64,000 nt of DNA from Gemmatimonadota bacterium (GTDB taxonomy: Bacteria; Gemmatimonadota; Gemmatimonadetes; Longimicrobiales; Gaopeijiaceae): positions 1 through 64,000 of the forward strand of contig JAXHMG010000003.1 in assembly GCA_034521595.1 (NCBI GenBank), given 5' to 3'. The notes under the pieces were generated by a model that saw only the letters and a list, made by a program, of their open reading frames with translations, was not told the origin of the DNA and searched no databases. Shown piece after piece: positions 25,865 through 34,258 of the stretch. The translations under genes were made by a program, and so were the position numbers. How positions within the stretch are numbered: the stretch's first letter is position 1; the number at the start of each line of letters is the position of its first letter.

Positions 25865-26046
25865 AGAAGCCTCCAGAGGAGAGTAACCCTACCTCACTCT
25901 ATCTGATACACGCCGGCAGGCGCAACGGCGCATAACATACTTGCGACATGTGCGGATACACTGTATAGGTGGGCGGGGTCCGGCGTGCAGCGCTTCGCAG
26001 ACTGACCTGCGCGAGACGGGCCAGCCCTTCCAGCTAAGGAGAGTCT

Positions 26047-27702
26047 GTGAAGATGTGGATGCCCGACTCACTCTGCCGTCGCACCCGGTACGTAGGTTGC
26101 CTCCTGGGATCTCTTTTGTTCGCGGCATGCTCGGAGGTCACAGAAGTCACCGTCGATGATGCCGCTGTCTACTCCGCCGACGTTCTCGCCGATGACTCTG
26201 AGATTCAAAGCTACTTCCACGGCGAGGAGCGATTCGTCGAGCTTTCGAGGGAGTTCCCATCGTTCGCCGGTTTCTACGTTGAGGACGAAACCCTGGTGGT
26301 CCTCACGGCTGAGGGACCTGACTCGGAGAATATCGGTAGTGCCGCCGCCATCACGTATGCCGCGCACGAGGCGGTCGCAGGGCGTGTGGCAGCCACCGAT
26401 GTGCGATCCGTGCCCTTCTCTTTCGCTGATCTTAGCGGCTGGAGGAACGCGGCCTTCCAGGCCGTGATAGCGCTGGATGATGTGGCGATACTCGACCTTG
26501 ATGAGCGAGCTAACAAGGTATTCGTCGGGCTGGAGACCGGTAGTCAGCGAGACCAGATCCTTACCGCGCTCGAAGAGGCCGGAATCCCCAGCGACGCGGT
26601 CCAAGTCGAAGTTGTCGGTCCGAATCGGACGAGCGCGACGTTGCTCTCCCGAGTACGTCCGCTCCTCGGGGGGCTCTACACCACGAGCATTGGGACCACA
26701 GGACAGACGCAGAGCTGCACCTACGGCTTCAATGCAGTGTTGAACAGCACTGATGTGTTCATCACCAACTCGCATTGCACGCGCCAGCAGTTCGCCGATG
26801 ATGTAACGCCAGTGAGTCTCTACCAGACCCTTCACGGATATTCGACCACATTGGTAGGGACAGAGTACTCGGATCCCGATGGCTGGGATTGTACGCCCTG
26901 GTACCAGCCTTGGTATCCCGACAACTGTCGGAACAGCGACGCTGCAGCAATCGAGTTGGTCGAGGATAGCGTGGACTTCGGTTACATCGCTCGAACCGCG
27001 TCCCGTGCGACCGGGTCTGCGCAGGGATCCAAGACTATCGATTCGAACGCGCCCCGATTCTTGATCGAAGGGAAGGACGCTTACCCCTATATGGGGCAGG
27101 AAGTCAACAAGATGGGGCAGGCCAGTGGATGGACCTATGGAGATGTCGACCGAACGTGCTTCACTGCAACATTCAAGCCCAGCGGCGACGATATAACCGG
27201 AGGAGACAACGACTTTCGTGTCCTCTGTGCCTACCAGGCGGACTATCGGAGTCAGAGCGGCGATAGTGGCGCACCGGTGTTTCTCTGGGCCGGAGGAAGC
27301 GCGGGTGTCTACCTCCAGGGCCTCAACATGGGTTCCAACGACGATTACGGTGGAGGCGCAGGGAAAGGGATCTTCAGTTCGATGTCGGGTATCGAACAAG
27401 ACCTCGGAACACTGGACGTCACCGACTACGTACCACCGCTAACCGGCGTTTACATCGCCGGACCCTATACCGTGCAGGCATACTCTAACTGCACGTGGCA
27501 AGTCTTCCATTCCGGTGGAGTAGGGCCGTTCTCTTACTCGTGGTCCGGGGTTCTGAGCGGATCAACCTCACTGCCTTACATATCGGGGTCGATTGGGTCA
27601 TCGGGTTACCTGAATGTGACTGTCACCGATTCGAACAATCAGCAGGATTCCGACTCCTTTTACATCACTGTTGACGCTCAAGCCGATCCCTGCGTCGAAT
27701 AG
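26047..27702 (+). CDS. Secreted S1 (alpha-lytic/streptogrisin-like) serine protease with pro-region and C-terminal Ig/PKD-like domain
   Basis: Catalytic motifs FITNSHC, NSDAAAI, SGDSGAPVF; lipobox FAAC. Confidence 0.85.
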   Translation: MKMWMPDSLCRRTRYVGCLLGSLLFAACSEVTEVTVDDAAVYSADVLADDSEIQSYFHGEERFVELSREFPSFAGFYVEDETLVVLTAEGPDSENIGSAAAITYAAHEAVAGRVAATDVRSVPFSFADLSGWRNAAFQAVIALDDVAILDLDERANKVFVGLETGSQRDQILTALEEAGIPSDAVQVEVVGPNRTSATLLSRVRPLLGGLYTTSIGTTGQTQSCTYGFNAVLNSTDVFITNSHCTRQQFADDVTPVSLYQTLHGYSTTLVGTEYSDPDGWDCTPWYQPWYPDNCRNSDAAAIELVEDSVDFGYIARTASRATGSAQGSKTIDSNAPRFLIEGKDAYPYMGQEVNKMGQASGWTYGDVDRTCFTATFKPSGDDITGGDNDFRVLCAYQADYRSQSGDSGAPVFLWAGGSAGVYLQGLNMGSNDDYGGGAGKGIFSSMSGIEQDLGTLDVTDYVPPLTGVYIAGPYTVQAYSNCTWQVFHSGGVGPFSYSWSGVLSGSTSLPYISGSIGSSGYLNVTVTDSNNQQDSDSFYITVDAQADPCVE

Positions 27703-27879
27703 GGATGGCTGGAGCATAGCCCCCGGTCACGGGGCCGTTTAGTAAGCGGCGATATCGGCAGAAGTGAGCGGGAGTTCCCCAGACCTATCTGTGGCAAATG
27801 GGGGACTCTCGCTTGCTTCAATAGGCATAGCCATAGAAGGATAAGCAGTACAATCGGACCCCAAGGAGTGCATTTCAGA

Positions 27880-28033
27880 TAACGTTCAGATGTTTCCGAC
27901 GTGGCCCAGCACGGATCCTGCCGACCGTGTCTACCCGTCATGAATACGGCTTAGGCGCTCACCCCGCCACACCCGTTCCGGGCCATGTAGGCCGGAGCGC
28001 CCGCAGGGCGCGGAGCCGGAAACATACTTGTTA
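27880..28033 (-). repeat. attC-like site
   Basis: taacgttcagatgtttccgacgtggccc...ggccatgtaggccggagcgcccgcagggcgcggagccggaaacatacttgtta. Confidence 0.92.
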
Positions 28034-28099
28034 TGTGATGGTGAGCCACGTTCCCCCTCCGGCACCGAGGTCATCGCTCCCGTCCGCGAACCCCTATTC

Positions 28100-28468
28100 T
28101 CAGTTCGCTTCAGGCCATTCGTCCTTGGCCAACTCGTCGAGTACGGATTGGAGTGGACCTGAAATTCTCTCGACCTCCACGGACGCCACCTTCCAGATCA
28201 TTCGGAGATCGACCCCCAGATAGTCGTGGATCAACCGATGTCGAAGTCCCGTAATCTGTGGCCAGGGTATGTTCGGGAATCGAGCGCACGTCTCACGGGA
28301 GATTCGGCCCGCCGCCTCCCCCAGGATCTCCAGTTGACGGATCACAGCGTCCTGGGTGATTTCGCTCGACTCGAATTCCTCCCACTCCACGTCGTCGATG
28401 TGACGCTGCAGTCGGGCTATGGCATCGAGCATGTGGCGAACGTAGACAGATTCATCCCGTCCGCTCAT
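28100..28468 (-). CDS. HEPN toxin (HepT/DUF86)
   Basis: AVIRQLEILGEA..IPWPQITGLRHRLIHDY (R-X4-H). Confidence 0.92.
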   Translation of the reverse strand: MSGRDESVYVRHMLDAIARLQRHIDDVEWEEFESSEITQDAVIRQLEILGEAAGRISRETCARFPNIPWPQITGLRHRLIHDYLGVDLRMIWKVASVEVERISGPLQSVLDELAKDEWPEAN

Positions 28469-28742
28469 AGATCACCGACGTTGAAGCAAGAATCCGGTCC
28501 CGGAGATACGGACTGAGTGCCGGCTCAGTCAGGAGGTCCACATCACGTCCGAGGAACTCCTCGAGTTCCAACTCGAGCCCGATCAAGTCGAACAGACTCT
28601 TGTCCCCCTCGAACTCCACAAGGAGATCGATATCGGAATCCGGCCGGTCATCACCACGGACAGCCGAGCCGAAGAGCTTGAGCACGCGCACATCGTGCTT
28701 CTTGCAGAGCTCGGCGAGGCGAGCCTCATTGATCTGGACCAT
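28452..28742 (-). CDS. MNT minimal nucleotidyltransferase antitoxin
   Basis: LFGSAVRGDDRPDSDIDLLVEF..LGRDVDL. Confidence 0.92.
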   Translation of the reverse strand: MVQINEARLAELCKKHDVRVLKLFGSAVRGDDRPDSDIDLLVEFEGDKSLFDLIGLELELEEFLGRDVDLLTEPALSPYLRDRILASTSVIYERTG

Positions 28743-28877
28743 GACCGGAATGTGCCGATCGGTGGGGTAGGGGTCAACGAAATCCTCCGTCCGTGCACCT
28801 GATCCGGGTTCCGCCACTTCCAGAGTCCCGTGTTTCCCGAACCTGCCGGCAGTCCACGATCCAGGCTCACTTTCACA

Positions 28878-29034
28878 TAACGTCTTCTTGTGTTGCCGAC
28901 GTGGCCCATCACCAGATGGCTCACAAACCGGCTGAACGAGGATGCGCGGCACCTCGTTGCCGCGCCACAACAGCTCAGGGCCATGTAGGTCGGAGCGGAC
29001 GCGCAGCGGCCGCGGAGCCGGCAACACTTTGTTA
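28878..29034 (-). repeat. attC-like site (variant arms)
   Basis: taacgtcttcttgtgttgccgacgtggccc...ggagccggcaacactttgtta. Confidence 0.9.
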
Positions 29035-29119
29035 TCGGACGTGGACTCGTCGACGATCCTCCCGATCGATCCCGAAGAACACCCCGTCCCCTCCGGGCCC
29101 CTTCAGGAAAGCGAAGGAG

Positions 29120-29664
29120 CTAGGCTCCCTCGGCGCGTGCGATTTGTCCGTCTTCGCACTCGGGGCAGAGGCCGTGGGTGACGTCCGTGTCTCCCATTCT
29201 CTTCAGGTATGCGCTGATGCCTTCCCATGTCCCGTCCTCCGTCTGGATTCGGCCACACCAAGCGCACATCGGAAGGAGCCGCTTTACCTGCGCGAGCTCG
29301 TCCTCGACGGCCTTGCGGCCGGTGATGTCACTCGTCCTGATCACGGCTCCGACGATCTGCGCTCCTTCGGACAAGGGCGTTACATCGGCTCCGAACCAGG
29401 CTGCTGAACCATCCGGAAGGGCCACCTGTACTTCATACTGGACGGCTCCACCCCTCAAACACCCGATCTAAAGCATCCTCAGCAACTTTCCGAGATTCGG
29501 CAGAGAGTATCTCGAAACTGCTCATTCCGATCGGTTTTCAACCCGTAGCCTGGCTCGACACGATTGATGTATCGGATGATCCGATCGCGATCGACGATCA
29601 GAATGAATTCGGGAAGGCCCGCGAGGGCTTGCCGTAGCATGCCGTCGTTGATAGAAAGCGTCAT
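29120..29664 (-). CDS. PAS-domain protein with C-terminal CxxC..THGLCxxC motif (frameshifted)
   Basis: LPEFILIVDRDRIIRYINR; SDITGRK..LLPMCAWCGRI..THGLCPEC. Confidence 0.75.
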
Positions 29665-29764
29665 AGTATCCTCTTGAGGTACCGATACGTTGACGGCTCA
29701 CGAAGCGACCCGCAATCCTTCGTTTCCTCGTCGGCCCGTCCACCGTCGACGAGTCCATGTTCGA

Positions 29765-29915
29765 TAACGTTCAGATGTTTCCGACGTGGCCCCAGCATAT
29801 GCGCTCATCTTTCCTGAGACCTTCGGAGTGCAGCTGACAGCTTACGATGCCCGAACGCTCGAGGCCATGTAGGTCGGAGCGAACGAAGTGAGCGGAGCCG
29901 GAAACATTCTTGTTA
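29765..29915 (-). repeat. attC-like site
   Basis: taacgttcagatgtttccgacgtggccc...ggagcgaacgaagtgagcggagccggaaacattcttgtta. Confidence 0.92.
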
Positions 29916-30905
29916 TCTGACGTGGCGCCCAACCGCCGGGATCCCCGTCCAAATAGCAAGCTTCAACTGAGATGGCACGGGAAGTAGATCCAACTCGCGG
30001 ACCAGAAAATCCATGATCGTTCCGTGCTGGAGCAATTCCACTCCCGGAACCTGAGTGTCCCTATATGGACGCTTCGCCGTGGAAAACAGATACACCGTCC
30101 CGGACTCGGCCATTGGAGCGAAACTGGCAGGGTCCAACGTCTTGGTCTTCCCGGACTTCACCTGTACGTAACCAGTTAGCGTCCCATCAGTCGACCTCTT
30201 TCGCAGGATGCACTCAGTATCTCGCTGGCTCCGGTAGGTAGACGACTTGATGATTCGCCACCCCAGATCCTGTTGTAAATAGAGGCATACCAAGTCTTCG
30301 ATCTCATCGGCGTCGAGAACTGAGAAGATTTCGGTGGCAGCGCGACTGCGCAGAGCCTCCGAAAGGCGCACGCGAGTCTCGGCGGTCAACCCCCGCGAAA
30401 TTGACGAACTGTCTCCGAAGACGACCGCTGAATAGGCGCACCACTCTTGATCCTGAGTAATCTTCTGCGCAGTGCCATACATCGTCAGTTTACGACGAAC
30501 GATTCCGGGGACTAGGACCTCGTCTACTTCGCGCCATTCTGCTCGGCGCACATTGTGGATGTCGTGATCCCTCCATTCTGTCCCGTCGCGGTACTCCCAA
30601 TCACCGAGGATCTTGGCGATGAAGTACTTCCCGCGTCGGTAGAGCCAAACATGATCGCCGATCGCCGCACGGTTCGCTATCACGTTCATGCCCACCGGAA
30701 ACCTTCCACCTCGTTCGGCCTTGAACGCCTGCCGCACCAGTCGCCCCTCCAGGGGAGGATTCTCGAAGCGCCACCCGATGCCGATTAACCCTTGCCCCAT
30801 ACAGAATGCGAACGAGTCCGCCTCCGGGTCGGCCTTTCCTCGCGGATCGATTGTGAGCTTCCACAACGATCGTGGTATCGAAGGGATCACTGGTGTGTCA
30901 GTCAT
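29913..30905 (-). CDS. Mrr-like restriction endonuclease (putative)
   Basis: N-terminal IGIGW..IGDHVW..GDWEY..VRRAEW domain; C-terminal EDLV..YLQ..GW..VQVKSG. Its TAA stop is part of the site's TAAC. Confidence 0.7.
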   Translation of the reverse strand: MTDTPVIPSIPRSLWKLTIDPRGKADPEADSFAFCMGQGLIGIGWRFENPPLEGRLVRQAFKAERGGRFPVGMNVIANRAAIGDHVWLYRRGKYFIAKILGDWEYRDGTEWRDHDIHNVRRAEWREVDEVLVPGIVRRKLTMYGTAQKITQDQEWCAYSAVVFGDSSSISRGLTAETRVRLSEALRSRAATEIFSVLDADEIEDLVCLYLQQDLGWRIIKSSTYRSQRDTECILRKRSTDGTLTGYVQVKSGKTKTLDPASFAPMAESGTVYLFSTAKRPYRDTQVPGVELLQHGTIMDFLVRELDLLPVPSQLKLAIWTGIPAVGRHVR

Positions 30906-30922
30906 GTTCGAGCCATGTCAGA

Positions 30923-31077
30923 TAACGTTCAGATGTTTCCGACGTGGCCCGACCACGGGTCCTGCCGACGGTGTCTACCGGTCATGAATACGGCTTAGGC
31001 GCTCACCCCGCCACACCTGTTCCGGGCCATGTAGGCCGGAGCGCCCGCAGGGCGCGGAGCCGGCAACATACTTGTTA
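30923..31077 (-). repeat. attC-like site
   Basis: taacgttcagatgtttccgacgtggccc...ggagcgcccgcagggcgcggagccggcaacatacttgtta. Confidence 0.92.
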
Positions 31078-31163
31078 TAGGAAGTTGAGCCACGCTCGCA
31101 GGTTCAGTCAGCCGACCGAGCCCTCCCGCTGGAATATATGCCTCTTGTGACATATACTACTCT

Positions 31164-31505
31164 ATGAGTCCAGACGACAAGATTCTGGTGTGGCTATCCG
31201 GAGAGGTGAGAACCCCTCCGTTCTCCGACGAAGCTCGGCTTGAAGCAGGCTTCCTTCTTCGGCGGCTCCAGCAGGGAGAGAAGCTCAGCCTCCCTCATTC
31301 CCGGCCGATGCCCTCAGTCGGGCGAGGGTGTCATGAGCTTCGGATCGTCGATCAAGGCATCACGTGGAGAATCATGTACTACGTCGATGCGGACGCCATC
31401 GTGATTCTGGACGTGTTCAAGAAGAAGACCCGGGCAACACCGAAGAAGGTCATCGAGGTGTGCAGGGAACGGCTTCGGGACTACCGAAGTGTCCGGGACA
31501 GCTGA
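31164..31505 (+). CDS. RelE/HigB-like toxin (Gp49/DUF891 type)
   Basis: EAGFLLRRLQQGE..PHSRPMPSVGRGCHELRI..WRIMY..FKKKTRATP. Confidence 0.9.
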   Translation: MSPDDKILVWLSGEVRTPPFSDEARLEAGFLLRRLQQGEKLSLPHSRPMPSVGRGCHELRIVDQGITWRIMYYVDADAIVILDVFKKKTRATPKKVIEVCRERLRDYRSVRDS

Positions 31506-31516
31506 GGAGGAAATCC

Positions 31517-31849
31517 ATGGACACCAAGACCAAGAAGAAGCTCGAAGCCGGCGGATGGAAGACCGGCGACGCCCGAGACTTCCTCGAGCTGTCGGACGCC
31601 GAGGCCGAGTTCATCGAGATGAAGCTGGCTCTCGCCCAGGATCTCCGGGCCAGGCGCTTGGAGCGGCACTTGAACCAGACTCAGCTGGCCCGGATTGTTG
31701 GGTCGAGCCAGTCCAGAGTAGCCAAGATGGAAGCGGCCGACCCGACTGTCTCAATCGATCTCCTGGTCAGGTCGCTCCTGAAGCTCGGCGCTGCACGGAA
31801 GGACTTGGCCAAGGCTTTGTCCGAGGGCCCACACCGAGCTGTGAGTTGA
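31517..31849 (+). CDS. XRE HTH antitoxin
   Basis: KKLEAGGWKTGDARDFLEL..LNQTQLARIVGSSQSRVAKME. Confidence 0.9.
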   Translation: MDTKTKKKLEAGGWKTGDARDFLELSDAEAEFIEMKLALAQDLRARRLERHLNQTQLARIVGSSQSRVAKMEAADPTVSIDLLVRSLLKLGAARKDLAKALSEGPHRAVS

Positions 31850-31921
31850 CTCCTTTACAGGGGATCCAACCCAATCACGGAGCCTACCCGCTCTAATCCC
31901 GAACCTGGGCTCAATTTCCTA

Positions 31922-32076
31922 TAACGTTCAGATGTTGCCGACGTGGCCCACCACCGCTCCCGGGGGAGCCGGCCACCCGTCATGAATACGGCTTAGGCGC
32001 TCACCCCGCCACACCCGTTCCGGGCCATGTAGGCCGGAGCGCCCGCAGGGCGCGGAGCCGGCAACATACTTTGTTA
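31922..32076 (-). repeat. attC-like site
   Basis: taacgttcagatgttgccgacgtggccc...ggagccggcaacatactttgtta. Confidence 0.92.
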
Positions 32077-32539
32077 GCGGATGTTGGCGTCCTGTGGTCC
32101 ACGAAACACTTACGGTCGACGTCACGAGGAACGTCGCGTCGACGGCTATCCGTTCCGGTGGTTCGACCCCAAACGGAAACCCCGCGGACACACGGTCGAG
32201 GGATCGCGCGAAGGGAGCCCAGGGAGCGAGCAGACCGAAGGTGTAACCCCAGCCGACCGAAGATGCCTCGGAGCGGGTGAACGCGCGATTCACCAAAACC
32301 TCTTTGGCGCCGTCGACGAAGAACCTGCCGGGTGGACATCGCAGCCGTGGATCGAGCCCGCCCGACTGTGTGGAGCCACACGGGGGGAGGGACAGCGGCG
32401 AATCCATAGGGTGGTGGGCGTGACTCGGGCCGAAGGTGCGAACCCAACTGACCGTAGATGCCTCGGACGAAGTCACTGCACGAGAACCTGAACGCGTCGC
32501 CGCTGTCCTCGAACCTGACCATCCATGGCCAATGTCCGC
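32077..32539. other. ORF-less cassette with internal 38-bp direct repeat, possible structured RNA
   Basis: Copies at 32235-32272 and 32430-32467 (32/38 identical); no recognisable protein. Confidence 0.55.
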
Positions 32540-32691
32540 TAACGTTCAGATGTTTCCGACGTGGCCCACCACCGCTCCCTCCGGAGCCGGCCGCCCGTCA
32601 TGAATACGGCTTAGGCGCTCACCCCGCCACACCCGATCCGGGCCATGTAGGGGAGCGAGCGCAGCGAGCGGACCCGGAAACATTCTTGTTA
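32540..32691 (-). repeat. attC-like site of the first cassette
   Basis: taacgttcagatgtttccgacgtggccc...ggagcgagcgcagcgagcggacccggaaacattcttgtta. Confidence 0.92.
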
Positions 32692-32770
32692 TGGGACGTG
32701 TGTTGTCGCTCGGCGAGTCACCATGCTCCCCGCTCCACAAGAGCATGACCACGATTCCCTTACGGCTTGG

Positions 32771-33961
32771 TTAGTTCCAACATGACCACCGCCGGCACGT
32801 CGAGCTCATTGAGGCGAACAGCCAAGATGTGCGTATCCGTGATGTCGAGCAGAGCGTGACGTACCCTGGCAGTTCGACCCATCCTTGTAGCGTCCCGTCA
32901 CGAGTAATGACACGCCATCTGTCCGGGGGTTGGATGGGAAGGCCGTACTGGCCCAGCCACACGTTACCGACCCTATCTACATGGAAACCGTCCCAGTAGG
33001 GCAAAGGCCCGTCATGTCGATCCAGGCCTTCCTCCAGTCTTGCGATCTCAGCGTTGATGAAGGCCTCTTCGGCACCGCGGGCGGCGTAGGCCTCGCGGTA
33101 GGCTTGCGCCATATCCTGCTCCCAATCCGGAGTCAACGGAAACGGCTGCTCCTCCCAATGCGCGACCTGCAGCAGACGCCCCGAACTGTCGTACCAAGTG
33201 ACTTCCGGACGATCCGAACGTGCCCAGGCAAACCCGTCGGCAAACCCTCCCGCGCGACCCTTGACCGAAATGGGTCCAGGCCCTGCTCCGCGGGTCCCGT
33301 ACCACCGTCTGAGATGAGGCAACTCGGCCAAGGTATCCGTTTCGGCCTCGACGAGATCAGTAATGAGGATCGGCTGCATCTCGAAAACCCATTCGGGCCG
33401 CATTTCAGATACCCCGCTGTAGCCGTCTCCGGGTACGAGAAGAACACGCCCGTCAGCAAATGCAGATGAGGCGTAGTGGAGGAAGCTGCCCGGAAGGGGC
33501 TCAGTGGCCACTACTTCTCCCTCCCTCGAGAGGACCGTGATTCGCCGGAGCCTCCCGTCCGTCACAATGACTGAGTCGCCTTGCAAGATCAGCGCATCAA
33601 GGCCCTGATACTCCCCGGGACCTTCTCCCTTGCGGCCCCATACCTCCAGCACTGTCCCGTCGGGGGCGAGCCGATAGATCTTCCCTTCGCCGTACTCACC
33701 GATGAGTGCCCCACCATCCGGCATGATCTGGCCTGACTGCACCCAGGTGAACGTCGGATCACCAGCCGCCCAACCGAGTGAGAAAAGAGGCTCCGAATTG
33801 GCGGTCCACTCCGCCGAGCCCGGCGTACCATTCTGCACAATGCGGATACCCGACGAATCGGTCACCACGGCCTCGGCGCGGCCAGCGGTTTGTGCCTCTG
33901 GTCCACATGCCGACCCTAGGAGACTGAGAACCAGTGCTCCCGCTAGCTTCGGACTCTTCAA
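32771..33961 (-). CDS. Secreted beta-propeller lipoprotein (first cassette; probable frameshift near C-terminus)
   Basis: Lipobox GSAC, DSSGIRIVQN, WGRKGEGPGEY. Confidence 0.8.
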   Translation of the reverse strand: MKSPKLAGALVLSLLGSACGPEAQTAGRAEAVVTDSSGIRIVQNGTPGSAEWTANSEPLFSLGWAAGDPTFTWVQSGQIMPDGGALIGEYGEGKIYRLAPDGTVLEVWGRKGEGPGEYQGLDALILQGDSVIVTDGRLRRITVLSREGEVVATEPLPGSFLHYASSAFADGRVLLVPGDGYSGVSEMRPEWVFEMQPILITDLVEAETDTLAELPHLRRWYGTRGAGPGPISVKGRAGGFADGFAWARSDRPEVTWYDSSGRLLQVAHWEEQPFPLTPDWEQDMAQAYREAYAARGAEEAFINAEIARLEEGLDRHDGPLPYWDGFHVDRVGNVWLGQYGLPIQPPDRWRVITRDGTLQGWVELPGYVTLCSTSRIRTSWLFASMSSTCRRWSCWN

Positions 33962-34024
33962 TGGGGAAGCCTCCAGCTCAGTGATAGGTCAAACCCGGGA
34001 TCCGACCCAACAACACATGTCCCA

Positions 34025-34110
34025 TAACTGTTTATTTCCGAATCAACGTGTCGGGTTGCCCCGTTGGGGGCGTGGGGTTTCCGACGTTGATGGTCCCGTG
34101 GATAACAGGC
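34025..34110 (-). other. Candidate attI-like primary recombination site
   Basis: The first cassette end (catgtcccataac) is followed by non-repeat sequence; identity with the 21410 copy stops exactly at TAAC. Confidence 0.7.
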
Positions 34111-34258
34111 TGCTCGATCCACGCGGTCCGGCCTCTGCGGCCTGCCTCGGTCGCGCCCGCCACTCGGCCCGCTCGGCATCTCGACCCGGCCGACTGTGTC
34201 CAACGTTCGCTACCTCGTCCGCGAGCGCAAGCGACAGCCGGCGCTGATCTCACGGCTC

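Noticed and set aside
25933-25943. taacatacttg as an extra degenerate site
   Set aside because: The matching cassette-end inverted repeats span 25302-27883, so this lies inside one cassette and has no other site elements.
32235-32467. Tandem glycine riboswitch (ccgaaggtg..)
   Set aside because: The expected GGAGA and CTCTCAGG elements are absent and no regulated gene follows.
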